A stretch of 64,000 bases of DNA. Origin: an uncultured delta proteobacterium. GTDB taxonomy: Bacteria; Myxococcota; UBA727; VGSZ01. The stretch is from assembly GCA_963775425.1 (NCBI GenBank), contig CAVZJB010000014.1, forward strand, positions 32,001 through 96,000, written 5' to 3'. A program made the position numbers and the translations under genes. Below, in pieces: positions 59,618 through 64,000 of this stretch (its first letter is position 1; each line of letters starts with the position of its first letter). Below the pieces are notes generated by a model. It saw only the letters and a program-made list of their open reading frames with translations, was not told the origin of the DNA and made no database searches.

Positions 59618-59857
59618 CGCGAGCACACCTCGGAGCACAACGGCGCCTGACCAAACGGCGTCAAACGACCCGGGGATCCGCACCCCGCCCGGCCCGCGCG
59701 CGTTGAACAAAGCGCAGGCCGCGCGCGTCTGCGATCGCCAAGGGGTCGCGCGATGTCCGAGCGCCGCAGCGAAACAAGGGAAGCCGCGTTCTTCTCCGCG
59801 CGTCATCGCGAGGGGCGCAATTTCGCGGCGGCGGGGATCGCGGGCTACGCTGCCCGC

Positions 59858-60520
59858 GTGCGTGCTCTCCCCTTCGCCGTCGTCGTCCTGCTCGCGACGT
59901 CGTCGTGCCTCCAGATCCCCAACGTGCTCGCGCCCGGCTCGCCGGTGGACTTTTGTATCGAGCAGGCGAAGGTCTACTGCCAACTGCAGTTCGACTGCTG
60001 CACCGCCACGGAGCGCACCGAAGATCCGCTCGGCATCTTCAGCGGGCCCGCGGTGTCGCGCTGGGCGCCGTCCACCATCGACGAGTGCGTCGGCATCGTG
60101 AGCGACATCTGCCGCGGGGAGGTCGAGCAACAAAACGAGTCGCTCGCCGACGAGCGCGTCAAGTACGACTCCGACGAGGCCGCGAGCTGCCTGGACGACC
60201 TGCACAAGGCGGCCGACGACTGCAGCCTCAAGGACTTCCTCAAGGCCGACGGCAGCTACCTCACGAGCCTCGTCCAGAACGGGCAGCCGGGCATCTTCGG
60301 CGCCGCCTGCGAAGACACCATCAAGGGCGAGGTCGACGACGGCGACACCTGCTTCGCACAGTACGAGTGCAAGCGCGGCTTCTGCTCTCCCCGGCAAAAC
60401 GGCGACGTCACTCTCAAGGGGGAGTGCAGCGGCGACACCCACCCCGAAAACCCCTTCGCCACCTTCGGCAACATCACGCTCGAGGTCTGTAACGGCCTCG
60501 ACGACGAGGCCAACCCATGA
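59858..60520 (+). CDS. Cys-rich lipoprotein (short paralog)
   Basis: ATSSC lipobox-like; FCIEQAKVYCQLQFDCCTATER. Confidence 0.78.
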   Translation: MRALPFAVVVLLATSSCLQIPNVLAPGSPVDFCIEQAKVYCQLQFDCCTATERTEDPLGIFSGPAVSRWAPSTIDECVGIVSDICRGEVEQQNESLADERVKYDSDEAASCLDDLHKAADDCSLKDFLKADGSYLTSLVQNGQPGIFGAACEDTIKGEVDDGDTCFAQYECKRGFCSPRQNGDVTLKGECSGDTHPENPFATFGNITLEVCNGLDDEANP

Positions 60521-62643
60521 AGCGCATCGCTCTCGCTCTCGCGGCCGCGGCCGCGGCGGCCTCGATGGGCTGCGGCTCCGACGCCCTCACCTTCTGCATC
60601 GAGTCCGCCAAGGCGTCGTGCCAGGTGCAGTTCCAGTGCTGCACGGCCACCGAGCGCGCCGCCGTCTTCGGCAGCACCAACGTCTCCATCGGGCCGTACT
60701 ACGACGAGGGCGGCTGCATCGACGCCTTCACCCGCCAATGCGAGGTCGCGGCGCAGGTGCAGGACGAGGCCATCGCGGCCAAGCGCCTGGCGTTCGACAA
60801 GGACAAGGGCGACAAGTGTCTCGACGACGCGCGCAAGGCCGCCGCCGACTGCGACGCCGACGCCATCTTCAACCGCGACGCCAACTGCGCGCAGCTCTTC
60901 ACCGGCCTCGTCGAGGACGGCGGCACTTGTACGGCCACGCAACAGTGCAAGGAGCTCGGCTCGCAGTGCGAGATCGACAACACGCCGGACGCCGACGGCA
61001 AGCTCACCGTGACCATCGAGGGCACGTGCAAGGGCCAGGGCGACGAGGGTGAGCCGTGCTTCCCCGGCGGCACCTGCAAGAGCGGCCTGCGCTGCGTGTT
61101 CGACAACACCACCGGCGCGCAGAGCTGTGAGCCGCCGGCCGGCGCAGGCGGAGTTTGCACGCAAGACGCCGACTGCGTCACCGGCCTGCGCTGCACACAG
61201 GACGCGAGCTTCCAGTTGCGCTGCACCGAGCCCGGCGACGTCGGCGCGCCGTGCAACAGCGATCAGGACTGCGGCCTCTCGCTGCGCTGCCTCGTCAACG
61301 ACGCGCAGCAGCAGGTGTGCACCGTCCCCGGCGTCGCAGGCTCGCAGTGCAACAGCGACGGCGACTGCGGCTCGGGCCTCCTGTGCGCGGTGGGCACGGA
61401 CGGCTTCACGCGCACGTGCTCCGCGCCGGCGGCGGCCGGCGATCCCTGCCAGGTCACGGACCAATGCGTGCCCGGCCTCGACTGTCGCTTCGACGGCACC
61501 GCCAACCGCTGCTACGCCGGCGACGCCGGCGACCCGTGCGACAGCTTCAGCGAGCGCTGCTCCGCCGGCCTGCTGTGCCGCAACGATCCCATCGCCGGGC
61601 GCGAGAAGTGCCAGGCGCCGCTCGCGGCCAACCAGGGCTGCGAGGAATTCACGCCGGGGCAGTGCGCGTCGCCGCTCGTGTGCCGGCAGAACGCATCGCT
61701 GACCTTCGTGTGCCTGCAGCCGCTCGCGGCCAACGCGACCTGTACGCCGGTGAGCGGCGGCGACGACCCCTGCGACGCCACCCACGCCTGCCAGTTCGAC
61801 GATGTCGCGCTCGACGACATCTGCGTCGCCCGCCTCGTCGCCGGGACCTCGTGCACGCAGGACGACGACTGCACCGCCGGCTTGTTCTGCGACACGCGGT
61901 CGACCGGGACGTGCATCGGGCTGCGCGCAAACGGCGCGTCGTGCATCGAGACCCGCGAGTGCGCCGCCAACCTCACCTGCCGCAACAACGACGCCGGCTC
62001 GCAGAGCATCTGCCGCGCGCTCTCCGCCGAGGGGGGCGGCTGCCAGCAGCTCTCCGATTGCGCGGCCGGGCTCGACTGCCGCCCCAACGACGACGGCTCC
62101 CTGAACGTCTGCCGCGGGCCGTCGGCGGCGGGGCAGCGCTGCGAGTCCATCGCGGATTGCGCGTCCGGCCTCGACTGCCGCTTGAACGACGCCGGCACCG
62201 GCAACGTGTGCCGAGGCCCGTCGGCGGAGAGCGGGCGCTGCGACAACGACCTCGACTGCGGCGTCGGGCTGCAGTGCCGCTTCAACAACAACACCGGACA
62301 GCAGGTCTGCCTGGGCAAGGGCAACGCCGGCGACCCCTGCAGCAGCGACACCGACTGCAGCGACAGCCTGGTGTGCCGGAGCAACCCGAACACCGGCGCC
62401 TTCGAGTGCCGCGCCCTCGGTGGCGCGGGCGACACCTGCACGCAGGATCAGGACTGCGAGGGCGGCCTGCGCTGCCGCGACCTCGGCGAGGCCGACGGCG
62501 TGGTGGTGTGCACCGACAAGCAGGACGACGGGGGCCCTTGCGCCAGCGACGGCGACTGCGTCTCCGGGAGCTGCGACGTCGCCGACGGCTTCTGCGGCGA
62601 GGCCCCGCCCGAGCAGAGCTTCGCCATCTGCGACGGCCTGTAG
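60517..62643 (+). CDS. Large Cys-repeat lipoprotein (~16 four-Cys repeats)
   Basis: SMGC lipobox; FCIESAKASCQVQFQCCTATER; repeats GxxCxxDxDCxxGLxC...C; ATGA overlap with the previous gene. Confidence 0.85.
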   Translation: MKRIALALAAAAAAASMGCGSDALTFCIESAKASCQVQFQCCTATERAAVFGSTNVSIGPYYDEGGCIDAFTRQCEVAAQVQDEAIAAKRLAFDKDKGDKCLDDARKAAADCDADAIFNRDANCAQLFTGLVEDGGTCTATQQCKELGSQCEIDNTPDADGKLTVTIEGTCKGQGDEGEPCFPGGTCKSGLRCVFDNTTGAQSCEPPAGAGGVCTQDADCVTGLRCTQDASFQLRCTEPGDVGAPCNSDQDCGLSLRCLVNDAQQQVCTVPGVAGSQCNSDGDCGSGLLCAVGTDGFTRTCSAPAAAGDPCQVTDQCVPGLDCRFDGTANRCYAGDAGDPCDSFSERCSAGLLCRNDPIAGREKCQAPLAANQGCEEFTPGQCASPLVCRQNASLTFVCLQPLAANATCTPVSGGDDPCDATHACQFDDVALDDICVARLVAGTSCTQDDDCTAGLFCDTRSTGTCIGLRANGASCIETRECAANLTCRNNDAGSQSICRALSAEGGGCQQLSDCAAGLDCRPNDDGSLNVCRGPSAAGQRCESIADCASGLDCRLNDAGTGNVCRGPSAESGRCDNDLDCGVGLQCRFNNNTGQQVCLGKGNAGDPCSSDTDCSDSLVCRSNPNTGAFECRALGGAGDTCTQDQDCEGGLRCRDLGEADGVVVCTDKQDDGGPCASDGDCVSGSCDVADGFCGEAPPEQSFAICDGL

Positions 62644-62679
62644 CTCACGACGTGGCGCGGGGCGCGTCCCCCGCCGGCG

Positions 62680-63810
62680 TCAATTCTGCGCGAGAGCGGC
62701 GTCGAGGTTCTCGACGTCGGTGCCGCTCAGGTACGCGTCGAGCGCGCCGAGCGTCCAGGCAGTGGCGGTGAGGCCGGCGAGCACGCCGGAGGCGACGAGG
62801 GCGGCCTCGCCGTTTTGCCGCGCGGACACGACGTCCTGCTGGAGCTTGGCGATGTCCTTGCGGTCCGCCGGGTCCTTGCCGAGGTTGTCGTACACGACGA
62901 AGCGCACGTAGCTTCCGATGCCCGCGGTGGTGAGCGTGGCGAGGGCGAGGCCGCCGGTGGTGGCCCCGAAGACGCCGGCCTTGATGGGCTCGTCGTTGTA
63001 GGCCTGGCCCCAGCCCGGGAGCACGACGCTGCGGAACAGCGCGGCGCCCTTGGAACGCAACACGACGGCGTTGGCCGAAAACGCGATGAGCTCGTCCTTG
63101 GGCAGGTTCACCTCGCGGGCGGTGCCGTCGATGACGCTGCCGGTCTCGGCGTCGACGGCGCGGACGCTCACGCGGAACGCGTCCTGGCCGTCGCTCACCT
63201 GGCCGATGATGAGCGCGCGGGCGCCGGCGATCTTGCCCACCTGCGCGGCCTGGCCGTCGGCGAGCGCGCCGGTCTGCCCGAGCGCCTGCTCGTCGAGGAT
63301 CTTGGCGAGCGCCGAGCGCTCGACGAGCGGCAGCCGGTGGTCACGGGCGAGGTTGGTGACGACGAGATCGCTCACGACGGCGCCGAGCTTCTTCTGCTTG
63401 GCCTGGTCGCCCGCCTCCTCGAAGGGGAGCACGGCGAAGCGCTGGCTGCGGTAGTCGCCGGGGAGCCGCTTGAGGGGGATGGCGATCTGATCGCACAGGG
63501 CCCGCATCCGCGCGTCCATGCCCCGCGCGTTGAGGGCCGCCTGCTCCGCGCGCTTCTGGTCCTCGGCGGCGCGCTTGGCGGCGAGCTCCTCGTCGGCCTT
63601 CTTCTTGTGGGCCTCTTCCTCGGCGGCGGCCTTCTTCTGCGCCTCTTCTTCGGCCGCTTTGTTCTGGGCTTCTTCCTCGGCGGCCTTCTTGGCCTCCTCT
63701 TCGGCGGCCTTCTTCTGCGCCCGGGTCAGGTGCTTGGTGGGCGCCGGCTTGGCGGGGGCGTCCGCGGTGATGGGGCCCGAGAAGAGGAGGACGGCGGCGA
63801 GGATCAGCAT
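62680..63810 (-). CDS. Exported protein: EAK-rich helix, CsgG/FlgO-like domain and DUF5683-like membrane domain
   Basis: FAVLPF, LVERSALAKILDEQALGQTG, VDAETG; AALFRSVVLPGWGQAYN. Confidence 0.8.
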   Translation of the reverse strand: MLILAAVLLFSGPITADAPAKPAPTKHLTRAQKKAAEEEAKKAAEEEAQNKAAEEEAQKKAAAEEEAHKKKADEELAAKRAAEDQKRAEQAALNARGMDARMRALCDQIAIPLKRLPGDYRSQRFAVLPFEEAGDQAKQKKLGAVVSDLVVTNLARDHRLPLVERSALAKILDEQALGQTGALADGQAAQVGKIAGARALIIGQVSDGQDAFRVSVRAVDAETGSVIDGTAREVNLPKDELIAFSANAVVLRSKGAALFRSVVLPGWGQAYNDEPIKAGVFGATTGGLALATLTTAGIGSYVRFVVYDNLGKDPADRKDIAKLQQDVVSARQNGEAALVASGVLAGLTATAWTLGALDAYLSGTDVENLDAALAQN

Positions 63811-63957
63811 GGCCGCTGTTTAGCGGCACGGCCGCCCGCTGCCAACGGCCGCCCGACCGTCGACAGCCCTGTCGTGCCCGCTTGACGTGACGGCGGTCGC
63901 GGCGCGAGGGTGAATGCGGGCGGTGGCGTCCCCGTCCGACCCCGCCGGAGGTCAAAG

Positions 63958-64000
63958 ATGCGCTCGCTGCTCACCGCTCTCCTCGTCGCCTGCGCGCTCT
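63958..64000 (+). CDS. Start of a probable exported protein (truncated by the window edge)
   Basis: ATG followed by RSLLTALLVACAL, a signal-peptide-like sequence. Confidence 0.45.
   Translation, partial: MRSLLTALLVACAL

Overview
A very GC-rich bacterial chromosomal segment, most likely Myxococcota. The pointers are MYXO-CTERM-like C-termini, a TIGR04551-like outer-membrane barrel, a TonB_C-fused TonB-dependent receptor, several Hanks kinases and many Cys-rich or (GE)n lipoproteins. About 60 genes are present. Housekeeping genes (rpsI, rplM, metK, folK, rnhA, mgtE, orn) are interspersed with many envelope proteins. I saw no tRNA, rRNA, CRISPR array or transposase. The strongest candidate for an undescribed system is a 12-kb polyhydroxyalkanoate (PHA) locus at 37930-49632. 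There, phaR, a phasin-like gene and a phaB-like SDR diverge from a tightly coupled nine-gene operon: two hydrolases, an acyl-CoA ligase, an OM barrel, two paralogous lipoproteins, a 72-aa ORF where PhaE would be expected, a class III-type PhaC and an MFS transporter. TGTGC-N3/4-GCACA operators mark the locus, one of them inside a coding sequence. This layout suggests import and re-polymerisation of exogenous (prey) polyester or lipid. Also notable are a candidate ~90-nt antisense sRNA with a perfect CRP-family site and a (GU)n seed (2841-2967), an orphan T3SS inner-rod/FliE-like gene, and a recurrent TA-N10-start-codon motif suggesting widespread leaderless mRNAs. All family assignments come from motif recognition by eye, not database searches. 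Start codons were re-picked by hand from the over-extended ORFs.
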